From contig OZ024741.1 in the NCBI GenBank assembly GCA_964016885.1, positions 285,634,001 to 285,698,000 of the forward strand: 64,000 nt of DNA, read 5' to 3'. The notes beneath the pieces are model-generated. The model saw only the letters and a list, made by a program, of their open reading frames with translations. It did not search any database and was not told the DNA's origin. The position numbers and the translations under genes are program-made. Shown here piece after piece: positions 14,693 through 29,021 of the stretch. Source of the stretch: Eledone cirrhosa (lineage: Eukaryota). Every line of letters starts with the position of its first letter. The stretch's first letter is position 1.

Positions 14693-15355
14693 ATTTTGAA
14701 TAAATAATGAATGAATATTATATATTATATAATATTATATAATTCATTTTACGTACCTCTTTATTAAACATTAATAATTGTATTGCTCATTTCAAGATTC
14801 GCTTTATTTAAAAGTTTCGAATTTCAACACTTCCAGTATATCGCCACCACCACTACTTCAATTCACATATATATAGATAGAGCGAGAAAGAACGTGAGAG
14901 ACAGATTGATAGAGTGACTGTGACAGATATAAAAATATATAAAAAGAGCGAGTGAAAGAGACAGGGAAAGATGAAGAGATTAGGATTGTTTTCAACATGC
15001 TGACGCGCGTGTGTGTGTGTGTCTCTGTGTATACTTACATTTATATGTATGCGTATATAACTATAATCGTGCAAACAGACACACTTACAAAATATACACT
15101 CACGGACATACATTCACACAAATACACATACTTTCACACAAACACATACATACATTCACACAAACTCACACACATACATTTATATACACATACACATGCA
15201 CATACATTCACACACATCTTGATAGCAGTGTTCGATACATTTGGAAATGGGAGGGTAAAATGAAGCGTAAACGTTTTATTTACTTATTTTTAACAACAAA
15301 GTGTAACTCCTTTTAAAACACTTTTTGTTGTTACAGATTTATTCACGGTTGTAAA

Positions 15356-15541
15356 ATAATATAATAATTGTTTCTACTTTAGGTACAAGGCCAGCAATTA
15401 TCCAGTGCATTACTGGAACTTTATTTTATCGATCCCGTAAGGATGAAAGGCAAAGTCAACCTCGGCGGGATTTGAACTCAGGTCATACAGGGACGTAACT
15501 ATGCTGGAAAGCATGGCGTCCGACCCTCTACCGATACTGCC
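15356..15541 (-). mobile_element. SINE family A
   Basis: Near-identical to ~14285-14463. Confidence 0.88.
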
Positions 15542-16339
15542 ATATAATGGTTACAGAGCAAACACACAAAGAAATATAATATATACAAACAAAAGGGAAC
15601 AGAAAAAAGAAAGAGAAAAACACACAAGCAGGTAATACATACATCTAGGACCACATACAACAAAAGGCAGGCGAAAGGGGTAGACAAAAGATATCAATAT
15701 GGCGAGGAGCACTGAGAAACTTCTCTAATCGCAGCGTTACCACGGGATATGGTAGGGCTAAGGTGCTGGAACAACTAAGCGCCCTCATGAGCATTACCAG
15801 TTACCTAGGTTAGGCAAGCCGCCAGTGAAGATAAGAATCTCGCTGTTACTAGCCCGACTCCCTCCCAAACGTCTCGAACGCCACAGGCAGGAAAATATAC
15901 TTAGCCGACAGATCACGGTATTTTAGGATTTTGTTGTCTGCGGATGCTGCATCTCTCACCCTAACGGCTGAATCCAGGATGTGGGAAGTAGCAAAAGAGT
16001 CACTAACTGTAACATCCTAGACAAAGCATCTACCTCTTGACCAGGAGCTAGGGTTACACCGTCAGGTCTTTTCCCATCAATTCTGGACAACCCAGACGAC
16101 TCTAAAAATGAGGGGATGTTTTCCCGGGCGAAAGCTATAAGTGGTAATAGGACTGTGTGTGTATGGGCGCGCGTGAGTTTATCGGCGTTCTTAAATTAGA
16201 GACGTGTGTGTTTGTATCTCGGTTCTTAAGTTATATATATATATATATATGAGTGTATCCCCTTCCTTCCTTTTACACACACAAACATTCACACAAACAC
16301 ATACGTATATTGAAAGATGGACAGAAGTCGCTCAAATTT

Positions 16340-17006
16340 ATATACATGTGAATGGAGTTCCACTGAAGCAGGTAGAGAGGTTCAAGTATCTTGGGGCCGT
16401 CTTCATGAGTGATGGAAGGCAGGAGGCTGAATTAAGTGTAACAATTGAAAACACTGATGCAAACACTGATGCACTGATGCACCATCTGCTGCATTCAATA
16501 ATCAGAAGGGAGGAGGTAGGTGTAAAAACCCAAATCGCCGTCTTCCTGGTATTCCAGCCAATCCTTACCAAGGGTCATTAATCTTGGGTAATGACCGAAA
16601 AAATACAATTGCAAATACAAGCAAATACAAATGGGGTTCCTCCGAAGGGTCTTTGGAGTTATGTTACTCAATAAAATGCATATCTCATAGACCAGAGAGT
16701 CACTCCTGGTGGAGCCGCTACTTCTCCCTATTGAGAGATGACAACTCCGATACTTTGGGTATGTGGTTAGAATGTCTTAGGAAAGAATCGCTGGACAGAT
16801 TTTACTGACAAAACCAAGCGGCAAGATGTGCAGAGGTAGACCATGAGTAAAATAGTTGAATAACATCCATGAGCTTAGCTGGTTAAGCTTTGGAATACAG
16901 CTGGATCAGTTAGAGATGTTTGCTTCCTACAGAGTCGCTGGAAGGAGTGTTTGAGAAGGACTCTGCCCCCACGACCCTCTCAGAAATAAGTGGGCGAAAA
17001 AGAAGA
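16340..17006 (+). mobile_element. Decayed RTE-clade LINE 3' fragment (Rex3/Expander-like)
   Basis: LKQVERFKYLG; FLRRVFG; QLRYFGYVVRM; RGRP. 3' end ctgcccccacgacc..ataagtgggcgaaaaagaag. Several stops. Confidence 0.85.
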
Positions 17007-17602
17007 TATTGTCAATTTACTTTTCAATTTACATATCATATCTATATGCATATATATTTGCGTATAATACCAATATGCACACTACATATGCTAGTATATA
17101 TAATTGTATGTGGGTATGTATATGTGTGTGCGTGTTTGTGTGTAGGCATGTGTTTGTATGCGTGTGAAAGTGTGGATATTAATTTACTCAGGATAAATAC
17201 ATTTTGTTAGGATGAAGTTTAAGAAATGTCCAAAACCAACAGATTGAATCAATAATAAAGTTGCAAAATGCTACCCTGGAATAATGTCTTGCATATCTAT
17301 AGGTGTAATTTCTCTCCATGAAAGTATATTTTCAGACTATTCATTGGAATTTCACAAGCCTTTCACTAGCAAAGAATACGAAGGCCATGTAATGAATCTA
17401 ATAAACATGCACGGAATATTTTACTTCATGGATACTTCGTAGATGTATGATAGATGCTTGCACAGAAGGGCACATACATATATGTATGTATGTATGAATG
17501 TAGGCTTGGATGTATGTATGTATATATGCATACACACACATATATATATATATACAAACACCCACGCATATATATATACATATATGTATGTATAGAGTTA
17601 AG

Positions 17603-17769
<167 letters not shown>

Positions 17770-18172
17770 TTATATATGTATGTATATAAATATATACATA
17801 CACACATATTTTCACACACACATCTGAATGCATATATATGGTGTGATGTGGTTATATATATTTTTGAAGTATCCAGTGATATGATGCATATATATACAAC
17901 TACATAATAACTATAACGCTCAAAAGAGCCATTTTCTCGAAATTATCGGTTCCTGTTCACCTTTCAGCACAACAAATACCACGTTAATTTTATTTTTCCT
18001 TCATGGATTCCTGTGACAGCTGAGGGACCGAAATATAATTTCATCTCCAAAGTCTTTCAAGTATAGAGAATATATTATAAGAATGTATATATATATATAA
18101 ATGTACATATCTATCTGTTAATACATACCATAATAATATCTAAAAATGACATACACATAAGCTATTGCACAC

Positions 18173-18316
<144 letters not shown>

Positions 18317-19399
18317 ACATGATTATGATTGCTTCATCCTGTCGGATGATAACCGTCTGAACATCATCCACCAAGTTTACTTCGGTTTAAATTCCTCGAG
18401 ACCTATAACTGTAATGCTGGTAACGCATTACAGTTGACCCTATTTTCCCCTTAAAATTATAGTTTCTGTCAAAAGTCATTGCTATCGTTTCTTCCTGGTT
18501 TAAAGCATGTTTAAAGAGACTATATAGTGGCTTTCATCTGCTTTACTCTAACTAACTTTTTGGGGGTTTCGAAAAAATTAAAAAGCAAATTATAATATTT
18601 ATTATGTTTTAATCGCCGTGATTACTGGAAGAAAGAAAGACATTATTCTTTGAAGGGCTGGGTGGTCTGAGTGCTTGCAAGAGTGAGGATCTCCTTGATC
18701 TTACTGAAGCACCGGGTAAATATATGTTTACACGTTCTGCGCTGTATGGAACACCGGTTTATCCAATCCAACACTCTTCTAAAATATATTATGATCAGAA
18801 GATGTATCTAAATGTGATAGAATTTTTGATGTAATTACTTGGTGCAATTACCGAAAGACATATATTTGACGTTCTAAGCATTTCACCAGTCAACGTTGTC
18901 AGATGGTTGTGTTGAAGCAAGCGAAACATTAAGTATTCTATTCAAGCATTTGGTTGAGCATAACTTTGAGGCTTTGATTTGCAACTCAATTCCAGCGTTA
19001 ATCTTGTTTTAGAATAGGAAAATATGAGTGAAATGTGTAATAAAACGAATGGATTGCTAAGAGAGTTAGCGGAAGTGAGCGTGAGCGAAAAGGAGAGGGG
19101 TTATGTAGAGAACCCGGGGCCACTACACAGCAGTGCAGTCATAGATGAAACATGATGGCACTAGATCATTCAAATGTTTCTCCATAAAATATGAAGAACG
19201 GGCAATCTGTTTCAGATTACATGGTTTGCAGGCATACTCACCATTGATTGTATAATTATGAACCGATGTGAAACTATTGTCTGATATATTTCATACAAAC
19301 CCTCCCGCTAATGCATTCCCACATCCCCCTCTCTCTTTCTCTCTCTCCCTCCCTCTTTATATATATATATTCACACACACATGTATCTCTCTCTCTCTG

Positions 19400-19447
<48 letters not shown>

Positions 19448-19951
19448 AATATGTGAATTTACAAAGACCTAAGGTTAGGTAGAACAGAAAATGCATTGAA
19501 AATTATATAGGTATAATATGTAATAATATGTTATGCCTGATAGCATGTTAAGAGACATACACATTTGGATAATGATACCACTCCATGGATAAAGAAAATA
19601 ATGATAGATATAGGTCACACACACACATGCACACTTATATAAACACTCACCCATGTCTATTGCCCCATTGCATGTAAATATATATTTGAAATATAATATT
19701 ATGATAACGGAAATCAAATCATATACAAAATAAGTCTCCTTCGCTGCACATAAGATAGATGTATTCACTGCTACACTCTGCAGCAAAAAACAATTATCTC
19801 GTCCAATTATAGTTTCAAGCAGTTTTCCCCCCTCTTCTCACTTATATTACATACTCATACACACTTCACATACACATATTCAGAAATATTAATAAGTAAA
19901 AGGTAATCTTTTTGTAAGCAATTTTGCCTACAGTAGTGTGTATTTATACAT

Positions 19952-20009
<58 letters not shown>

Positions 20010-20649
20010 GTGTGTGTGAGTGTATGTATGTACGTGTCGGTATATATGTATGAATATATATATATATATATATATAAACATATATACACGCACATATGAG
20101 CATACCTCTCGTAGTGTGTATCTGTATATATATATATATATATATATATACAGACACAAACATATACACGCACTTATAAACATATCTACATTTAAATGTA
20201 CCTACATGAATGTCACAAAGATGTACCTACATATATAATAACACAAGTACATATAGGTGTATCCAATCAGTCTTAAAACTCAAAATCTCTTCAAGCATAA
20301 CGAAGCAGTATATCGAAATTGATAAGTTATTACAAAATGTAATTTTAGATTTTATTTCAATGGAATAACGTTATATTGTATAATGAAGATTCTACACTAT
20401 TTTCTTTTGTTATGTTATTATCCAACCTATATTATTATTTGTTGCTTTTGATTGCCTGGTTCAGATTTACATTTATATAACCAAGTTTTTAAATACTCAA
20501 TCACCACAAGGAACAGAAAACCCGGAGCTGTATACATATAAAGGAAATTAGAAAATGGACTGCAACCTGTGTATATAATAATTTATATATTTCTGTTACG
20601 AAATCTCTTCTTGTACTGAAGGACACACGCACACTACGACAGAAACAAA

Positions 20650-20757
<108 letters not shown>

Positions 20758-21077
20758 AAGATAGATAGGTAGATTGATATATAGACATAGACATAGATAT
20801 AGATATGTTCGTGTGTGTGTGTTTGTGTGATCATGTGCATGCTGAAAATTTTGAGGTAATCACGCATTTCAATTCAATTGGTTACATTCAGAGAGAGTTC
20901 GGCTGCTTCATTGGAAATACTGAAAGAAGACCCTCCAGCAAAACATACATACCATTAACACTATGAAGGCGTGTCAAAGAAGCTTAACACTTAGGCTGCC
21001 TATGCGATACCATACCGAAATATATTATTGAGCACACATACTCAGACACACACACACGGACGCACGCACGCACGCAG

Positions 21078-21137
<60 letters not shown>

Positions 21138-21210
21138 AGGGTAAACATTGATGCAATTCAATTCAAGCACTCAACGTACTTTTTCCACATAGGAGTGACG
21201 GAGTAAATAT

Positions 21211-22912
21211 CGAATAAGGAAAAGCGAAGTAGTTTCAGATGTTCAAGTCCTTTAATAATAATTGTTTCTACTTTTAGCACAAGGCCAGCAATTACCCAGT
21301 ACATTACTGGTACTTTATTTTATCGACCCCGTAAGGATGAAAGGCAAAGTTAACCTCGGCGGGATTTGAACTCAGAATGGCAAGGGCAGTAACTCTATGC
21401 GTCAAAGCATGGCCGACACTCTACCGATACTGCCAATTCACCGAATAATGCTGTGATATATATTTCAATGACGACACTGGCCACACTGTTCTGTGTGCGA
21501 GTGTCGTGTCATCAACAGACAGCTTGTTACATAATAAGGTTATGCTTCCGAGGCAATCCAAATTGAATCGACATGGGAACGGATGAAGTTCGTGCTTTTG
21601 GGTTTTTCATCCGTTCCCTTGTGAGTACCAATTCACCCCTACCGGTCTGCGCAAGCGTATGTCTGAAGGAAGTTGACTATTAGCCACCGCAGATTTCAAC
21701 GAAATTCGCTTAGTCAGTTCACCCTCCCAGCCAAACAATGGCCTACCTATGCCCTACCAAAGTTTACTGCTACCCATCACGACTATGGCAGTCAGCCGAA
21801 AGTCAGAGAAGATGGGACGGTGTTAGTTTTTATAGGTCATAATACTACCTCTCACTAGCGTTGACAGTAAGACTGACCATCAACTCATAAGGGAAAATAA
21901 ACTTAATTCTAGGTATCATGGTTTTACATTGGAATTTAAGAGTGAGAGTTAGAAATAAAAATTAAAAATTAAAATCCTAAATCAAATATCAGAGATTATA
22001 AAATTAAAAAATTAACAATTAGAAATTCAAAAATCTTTCAGGTGATAATTCGGATTGAGGTGAGTAAAAATATGGATTGAAGTGAATAAATAATATGGAG
22101 AGAGGTGTTTAAGTAAGAAGTTCTGAGAGGGATTCTAGTGTCACAGTTACTCTATCCACATATTGAACGACAGTGCCGTACATTATAATGGAGGACAAAC
22201 TGCAGGGTTCAAGGCATTAGTCAATCTGGTACACAGTCATAATTTCCATCACATGGAACAAAATCAAAGAAAAACAGACATAGAAAAGAACAGAACCAAT
22301 GGTGAATAAATGCAAAAACACAGAGTACATATATGCAAAATGATCCATATGATTGTCCATCTGTCCATGTATAGATTGAATTGAGGGGGCTTCTGTTCAA
22401 ATGCGATTTGGTGCAGGAAAATAGGGGTTTATCTTATTTTTTGTTTCCGCGTATTTATCCTGCCGAAAGTTACTATTATGTCCGTCCAGTGTCAGGGGTT
22501 TCCATCCCCATGGTAGAGGGAATTTCTGGGGTAGCTCTTGGTTGGTTCCGCTCTTCTCCACCTATCGGTTACATCATAGAGCGCTCAACTAATTGGAGCT
22601 AAATTTACTAAGCGAATTTCGTTGAAATCTGCGGTGGCTAATGGTCAACTTCCTTCGGACATGCGCTTGCGCAGACCGGTGGGGGTGAAATGGTACTCAC
22701 AAGGGAACGGATGAAAAACCCAAAAGCACGAACTTCATCCGTTCCCATGTCGATTCAATTTGGATTGCCTCGGAAACATAACCTTATTATGTAACAAGCT
22801 GTCTGATGATGTCACGACACTCGCACACAGAACAGTGTGGCCAGTGTCGTCATTGAAATATATATCACAGCATTATTATTAAAGGGTGAAACAACTTCGC
22901 TTTTCCTTATTC
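21211..22912. mobile_element. Non-coding element with ~300-bp inverted arms (probable PLE fold-back remnant, or a MITE)
   Basis: 21445-21713 is the reverse complement of ~22608-22876, and 21211-21260 pairs with ~22872-22912. The left arm is interrupted by a SINE. Confidence 0.75.
21254..21443 (-). mobile_element. SINE family A inserted into an inverted-repeat arm
   Basis: Full head, core and tail; aataat on both sides. Confidence 0.88.
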
Positions 22913-23032
22913 TATATATATATATATATGTATGTATACTCACATACATATATATATATATATATATACTCACATACATACACGCACACAAACACGCGCG
23001 CGCATACATAGACACACAGATATATATATATA

Positions 23033-23149
23033 TATAGGAACCAATAAGACCCCGACGGCTGAGCTCAAGCCGTTTCGACGGCTAATTCAGTCCAGAATTA
23101 GCCGTCGAAACGGCTTGAGCTCAGCCGTCGGGGTCTTACTGGTTCCTAT
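23033..23149. repeat. ~115-bp palindrome built from the 3' half of a hammerhead-like motif
   Basis: Near-perfect hairpin with a 6-nt loop. The arm reads ..gccgtc-GAAA-cggct..agccg-TC-ggggtc. A related copy lies at ~24145-24200. Confidence 0.85.
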
Positions 23150-23225
23150 TACCCACTCTACTACCCTAAGTATTGAGTACTTTTGTGCGTTATGGTCCAC
23201 CTGGTTCCTTACCACATTTCCTTCG

Positions 23226-23284
<59 letters not shown>

Positions 23285-23476
23285 TCAGAGCAAACAGCAC
23301 GGACACTCTATCTCAAAATTATTTTTGAAAAGCATTTAGAAATGCGCAACCGGTAAAAACTTAAAAACTTAAAACCACAACTGAATACTAACCCATACGA
23401 TCACTAATACTCTTTTATTCCTAATTAAACCACTTTTCAACTGTGAACAATTTGTCAGCATTTTCTATTCCGTTTA

Positions 23477-23558
<82 letters not shown>

Positions 23559-23595
23559 GGTGTTAAAGTTTTCTTGAAGCATTGTGAAATGTGTA

Positions 23596-23933
23596 AAATA
23601 CGTAGTTAAGAAAGCCACAACAATGCAGAGGGAAATCTCGAGGTAGGAAGTGAAAGATAGATAGGAAAAACAGGTGAAAGTGAAAATTGAGAGAGACAAA
23701 GATGAAAACAAAACAAAGGTAGAAGGGTTACCGTAGTGGAGATTTAATCCCAATATTTCGGGCTTATTTCGGCCAATATATTGGGATTAAATCTCCACTA
23801 CGGTAACCCTTCTACCTTTGTTTTGTTTTCATCTTTGTCTCTCTCAATTTTCACTTTCACCTGTTTTTCCTATCTATCTTTCACTTCCTACCTCGAGATT
23901 TCCCTCTGCATTGTTGTGGCTTTCTTAACTACG

Positions 23934-23940
<7 letters not shown>
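23596..23940. repeat. ~345-bp palindrome within (TA)n
   Basis: ~160-bp identical arms around a ~20-bp spacer; the same peptide appears on both strands in the ORF track. Confidence 0.92.
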
Positions 23941-24002
<62 letters not shown>

Positions 24003-24451
24003 CCACGACATAAATTTGGATGGACAACACATTACTTCCAGCCTCGGTGTCTCTGACCGTACGGAACCTATCGACCCACGGGTTACTTACTGTGAAGGAC
24101 CATAATCCGACTTCGACCGCAAACCACCCATCAAAGAGAGTTCAGAAATAGCTGTCGAAACGGCCGGATCTCAGCCGTCGGGGTCCTGACTCTTTTCCTA
24201 TATATATATATATGACAAAGAAAGAGTTTGTTTTCAAGACCGCGAGCAAAGTTTGAGATTTAGTAGAAACAGAAGTTTTCACCGAAGAAATTAGCCTGAT
24301 AGTGGCGTTTATAGCCCTCTAAAAATGGAAACAATGAGTATTGACTAATTTCTTTAGTCAAAATACGGTGGGCGCTTCTATTTCTAATATATATATACAT
24401 ATATATAGAGAGAGATACAAACAGAATTGCAGATTTTTGTAAAGTTTATTA

Positions 24452-24537
24452 CATATTACAATTGTTTCTATATCGATCAGCTCGTGTTTGATCATGCGAT
24501 CGGATCCCGACTCTTAATCGACACTTCTTCAGATATA
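24452..24537 (-). ncRNA. Hammerhead motif with a long stem II inside a short fold-back (24424-24582)
   Basis: tatat-CTGAAGA-a.gtgtcgatta...tgatcgatat.a-GAAA-caattg-TA^atatg; first stem-II pair mismatched. Confidence 0.7.
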
Positions 24538-25045
24538 TAAACAATTGTAATATGAAATAAATTTAACAAAAACCTGCAATTCTTATTGTCACTCTATATA
24601 AACTCTGCAAACTACAGCTCCCTTAAACCTGGACCACATCCCGTAACAGCATCGAGTTCTTCGACCGGCTTCGCCGTTATATTTGTATATGTGTAAGCAG
24701 AACAGCCTCAATGTAAAACTTATATGCACACCTTCATAGTGTTAATGGTGTTTATATTTAGCTGGAGTGGTTTCTTTTTATATTTCCAATAAAGCAGCCG
24801 AACTCTCTGCGAAAGTAACCGATTGAAATGAAATATGTCTAAATGTATACAAATATCTAATTCAATTTCCCTGTAAATTGAAAACATGATAAAAATCTGT
24901 AATTGATTTTCAGATATTATTGGATTCTCATCTAATCAACCGCAAAGTGACATATGTTTGATGGGTATATATTCCTATTCAATGTTAGTAATATTCTAAA
25001 ATGGACATACTAATTTACATATAATTATCGCTCTTCTTGTTAATT

Positions 25046-25203
25046 AATTATTGTTTCTACTTTTGGCACAAGGCCAGCAATTTCCCAGTGTATTACTGGT
25101 ACTTTATTTTATCGACCCCGTAAGGATAAAATGCAAAGTTAACCTCGGCGGGATTTGAACTCAGAATGGCAAGGACCGTAACTCTATGCGTCAAAGCATG
25201 GCG
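25046..25203 (-). mobile_element. SINE family A, 5'-truncated
   Basis: Core, box B and tail present. Confidence 0.85.
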
Positions 25204-25499
25204 TATGCTATATGCAATTTCTGATGAGGGTCCAATAATATCCGAATAACGAGTAAAAATGTTTATCCTTTTTTTCAATTTGGGAGAAATTCATATTATA
25301 TGGCCTATAGGTTCTTCTGTTTCTATTATTTTATGAATGTTCACCAATAGAGAGAGAATCGGCTTCTAACATACATACAATATTATTTCATTGGAATTCA
25401 AACTTCAACTAGGAAAATACGTATGTATGCCTTTATGTGTGTGTGTGCGCGTGTCGTTTGGACACCTGATTATGAAATGAGTCTACATCTGTTGTCACA

Positions 25500-26350
25500 C
25501 TCGATGCTTTTCTGTACCCCTATCTCTATTGTGCATTAGGTATTTCGTTGTTATTCTTTGATTGCAAAAGCATATCCTTCAAAGTGAAAGCCAATAATGT
25601 GGTTTTTGGTCCAAGACTACTTTGGTTATCTATGTTACTCTTACTTTCAAGCTTTCTGATAACATAAACATGCATGATGTTTTGCTGATAAGCATGCAAC
25701 GTTTCGTCCATGGATTCATTGTAGTATTGCTGTGCAATTTCTCTGGGTGAGAGTTTTTGTTTATCATGCAGGTAGTTTGTCTCAAGGATCGCCTTTCCAA
25801 ATCTCATAATGTTATTTGTCTTGTGTAGAGAGACTTGTTCAATAGATGAGATTATATATCTGGTGGTTTGTAGATGGAGGAAGATGGTGCAACACTCGAA
25901 TACTCTTTGACTTGATGTTAAGCCTCTGCTTCCCTGTTTAAGTTTCCGGTAGTGGCGGTCAATGTCACTGTTGATGTGAGAATGTCCGGTGCCAGTTAGA
26001 ACCTTTCGGGTTTTAACATCAATGGCCAGTCAAGTAGTTCAAATGCTGGTATTAGCACAGGCACAGCAAACAGATTGTGGGTTACCGTTTTATTGTGTGA
26101 AGTGAGTTCAGAAGATCATATTCTTCTTATTCAAATGTTATATTTCCTGGTTACTCGAACCTTGTCACAAATAGCATCATAGGATATATTTTCATCCATC
26201 CCTAAGTATCAGTCTGTCCCTTTATAGAGTTGTTACTAGATGGACTTGTAGTTTTCCTAGCTTTACAATAGAATAGGAATATTTTTCCTGGCCAAACTCC
26301 ATTCCAATATCTTTCGAGAACGTCGTAACTAGGTCAAGGTTTTTCTTCAT
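25500..26350 (-). mobile_element. Old R4/Dong-like RT C-terminal fragment
   Basis: Fragmentary MEFGQEKYS, YLGMDENI, SSELTSHNK..HNLFAVPVL; many disruptions. Confidence 0.6.
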
Positions 26351-27187
26351 AACATATATTTCCTACCATTGTACCTACATTAGAAATCTATGTCTCGTAT
26401 ATTCTGAATTGAGGAGCTACTAAAAGACATAGGCTTTTATATAGATATCTAATAGGCTATTGAAGAGAACAATTAGAACAGAACCACATCGGATTTAGAA
26501 CAGTTTGAGGTATTCATTCATTAGAAGCCTAACATCAAAGTTAATGCAATATTCGTCTACCCACCAAAATATTGTAGTGAAAAACATTTACTACCTGGGT
26601 AATTTTAAATAAGTCACTGGAATCTTACATCTCAGAGGTATTTATGCGTTTATGAAGTAGAAATATAGCTTCGGGTTATAATTCCCAAATAAATATGTAT
26701 ATTTAAAATTTCCTTTAAAATCCTATTTAATAAATCAATTTGTTTTGCCTTGCAGCGTTATACGTAAATTATTGCATTATGTTGATTTGCTTTTTAGTTA
26801 GAACCTGCAATGCCTCTCCAAACCTTAAGATATATTTGGAAAAATTTGTATTGCGCACGAGTACACATGTATATAAAGGAATGTATAAACAGATTTACAC
26901 CCATACATACCCAAAAGCGTATGAATAAATGATAGCTTTTCTTTCAAAACAATATTACATATATACTGCAACGATACTCCTATACTATATAGTTATTATT
27001 TATTATTTAATGGGAATTTTCAATGTTCTACACATATTCAGGGTCATAAATTGAATGTAAAATTCTGATTGCGAGTGTTAAATATTTAGAAGCTAATTGA
27101 TAAACAACTTCAATAACGTTATTAAGTAATAGCAGGAAATTAATCGAGGAGAGTATTTATTACAAGTTGAAACAAAATACTGACATA

Positions 27188-27262
<75 letters not shown>

Positions 27263-27315
27263 TGTGTGTATGCGCGCGCGCGCGCGTGTGTGTGTGTGCA
27301 CGTGTGTGTGTGTGC

Positions 27316-27359
<44 letters not shown>

Positions 27360-27360
27360 C

Positions 27361-28275
27361 TCTTTCTCTTAATTTCGAGTACATCTTTGACCGGCCACCT
27401 TCCTAGTGGCAAGGTTGTAAAAAAAAAAGATTTTGTCATTCCTTGAAACGCAAGAATGTTTTGCAAATGTTGAAGGTGCCAGCTATCGCAGCCATTTGTA
27501 GTCTATGAATTATGGTGCTGGGCTTTGTTCACAAATCCAAGCTCAGTCACACTTTGGTCCAAGAGGGTTGATATATAACTTGTAGCTCCAATAATGATGG
27601 GTATGAAGCTGAAGGTGTATCTTGGATATTGGATCTGCAAACTTCTCATCAATGGTCCGTAGATGACCTTCTCTTACAACGTTGACATCAAATGAGCAGC
27701 TGATCTCTACAACAGAGCACGTTTTCAATGTGTGGTCCCAAACAACAATATCAGGCCGGTTGTGCTTTAATTTGGTGGCAGTTTTTATTTTCATGTTCCA
27801 CCATTATTCTTTAGTGCCATCTATCTCAACATATTTCTGATCATTTGTTTTTAATCTTGTTTTCCTAAGTGCGCTCCAGATGGTTCTAGCTAGCACATCG
27901 TGTCTCATGGGGAGGAATTAGTGAGACGACATTCTTTCGCAGTTGGCAAAAATGTGGCTAACCTCTTCGATCTTGTTTTACAAAGCCTACATTTATTGTC
28001 GACTGATCGCCCTTCTCTTTTGTGTAGCAGGTATTTGGTAGGGATTTCTTGTTCATGTATTGCATAGAGATATCCTTGAAGGTGGCATGTCATAAACTTG
28101 TCAGAACTTCATGCTAGGTTCTTTGGATGATTTATCCCCTCTATGGTCTATTTTTTTCGTCTCAGATAGATACCCATGCACAACCTTCTCTGTAAATTGG
28201 TTTATTTTTTCATCCTATTCGAACATTGAATAGGATCTTCCCTGGGAGAGAGATCTATATCAGGCCTTATTCCAT
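27361..28275 (-). mobile_element. R4/Dong-like non-LTR fragment with a restriction-like endonuclease domain
   Basis: AIHEQEIPTKY..CRLCK; RHD; HNRPDIVVWD..VVEISC; IPIIIGA. The 3' end abuts (CA)n. Confidence 0.82.
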
Positions 28276-28372
28276 GTATATATGTATGTATGTATGTATG
28301 CATTGATGTATGTATGTATGTATGTATGTATGTATGTATGTATGTATGTATGTATGTATGTATGTATGTATG

Positions 28373-28435
<63 letters not shown>

Positions 28436-29021
28436 AGGGAGTGTAACGTGAAGTTACTGTAGGTTCACCCAGGTGAGCACTCAGTGTTTAGGTTCACGTC
28501 AGTAGCGAGGTGTAGAGCTAAACATATATATATATATGTGTGTGTGTGTGAGTGTGTGTATGTGTATGGTGGAAGTCATCTCATGTCCGATAATGACCAT
28601 TTAATAAAACACATTGGCACAAACATGTTATTGATATTGCTGTTGCTTATCTCGCCATGTCGCTCTAGATAGCTCATCAAACCATACGGGGTCATAATGA
28701 AACTTACGAAATGAATATTGACAACTGTTATCTGCCAGTAAAAGTATAATGGAAAAAAATATGTGATTTTTCAAACAGAAGTCAAATTGATCAAATATAT
28801 TATATCATAAATTTATACATTAAGTAGCTTTCCTTGTTTTAATAATGGTATATTGTACAAAATTGTTTAAAAAAACATAATATCGTAAATTATATAAATT
28901 ACGTTATTAGAATTTAATAGGAACAATTAATATTAGATGATGCTCAGGATGCAGAGATTGGGGTATTCGGGATAGAATGTAATATTAGATGCCTGCCTCG
29001 TTATGGTATAATACCATAACA

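Noticed and set aside
15545-16140. GC-richer block resembling a LINE 3' UTR on the minus strand
   Set aside because: No ORF or motif I could assign with confidence.
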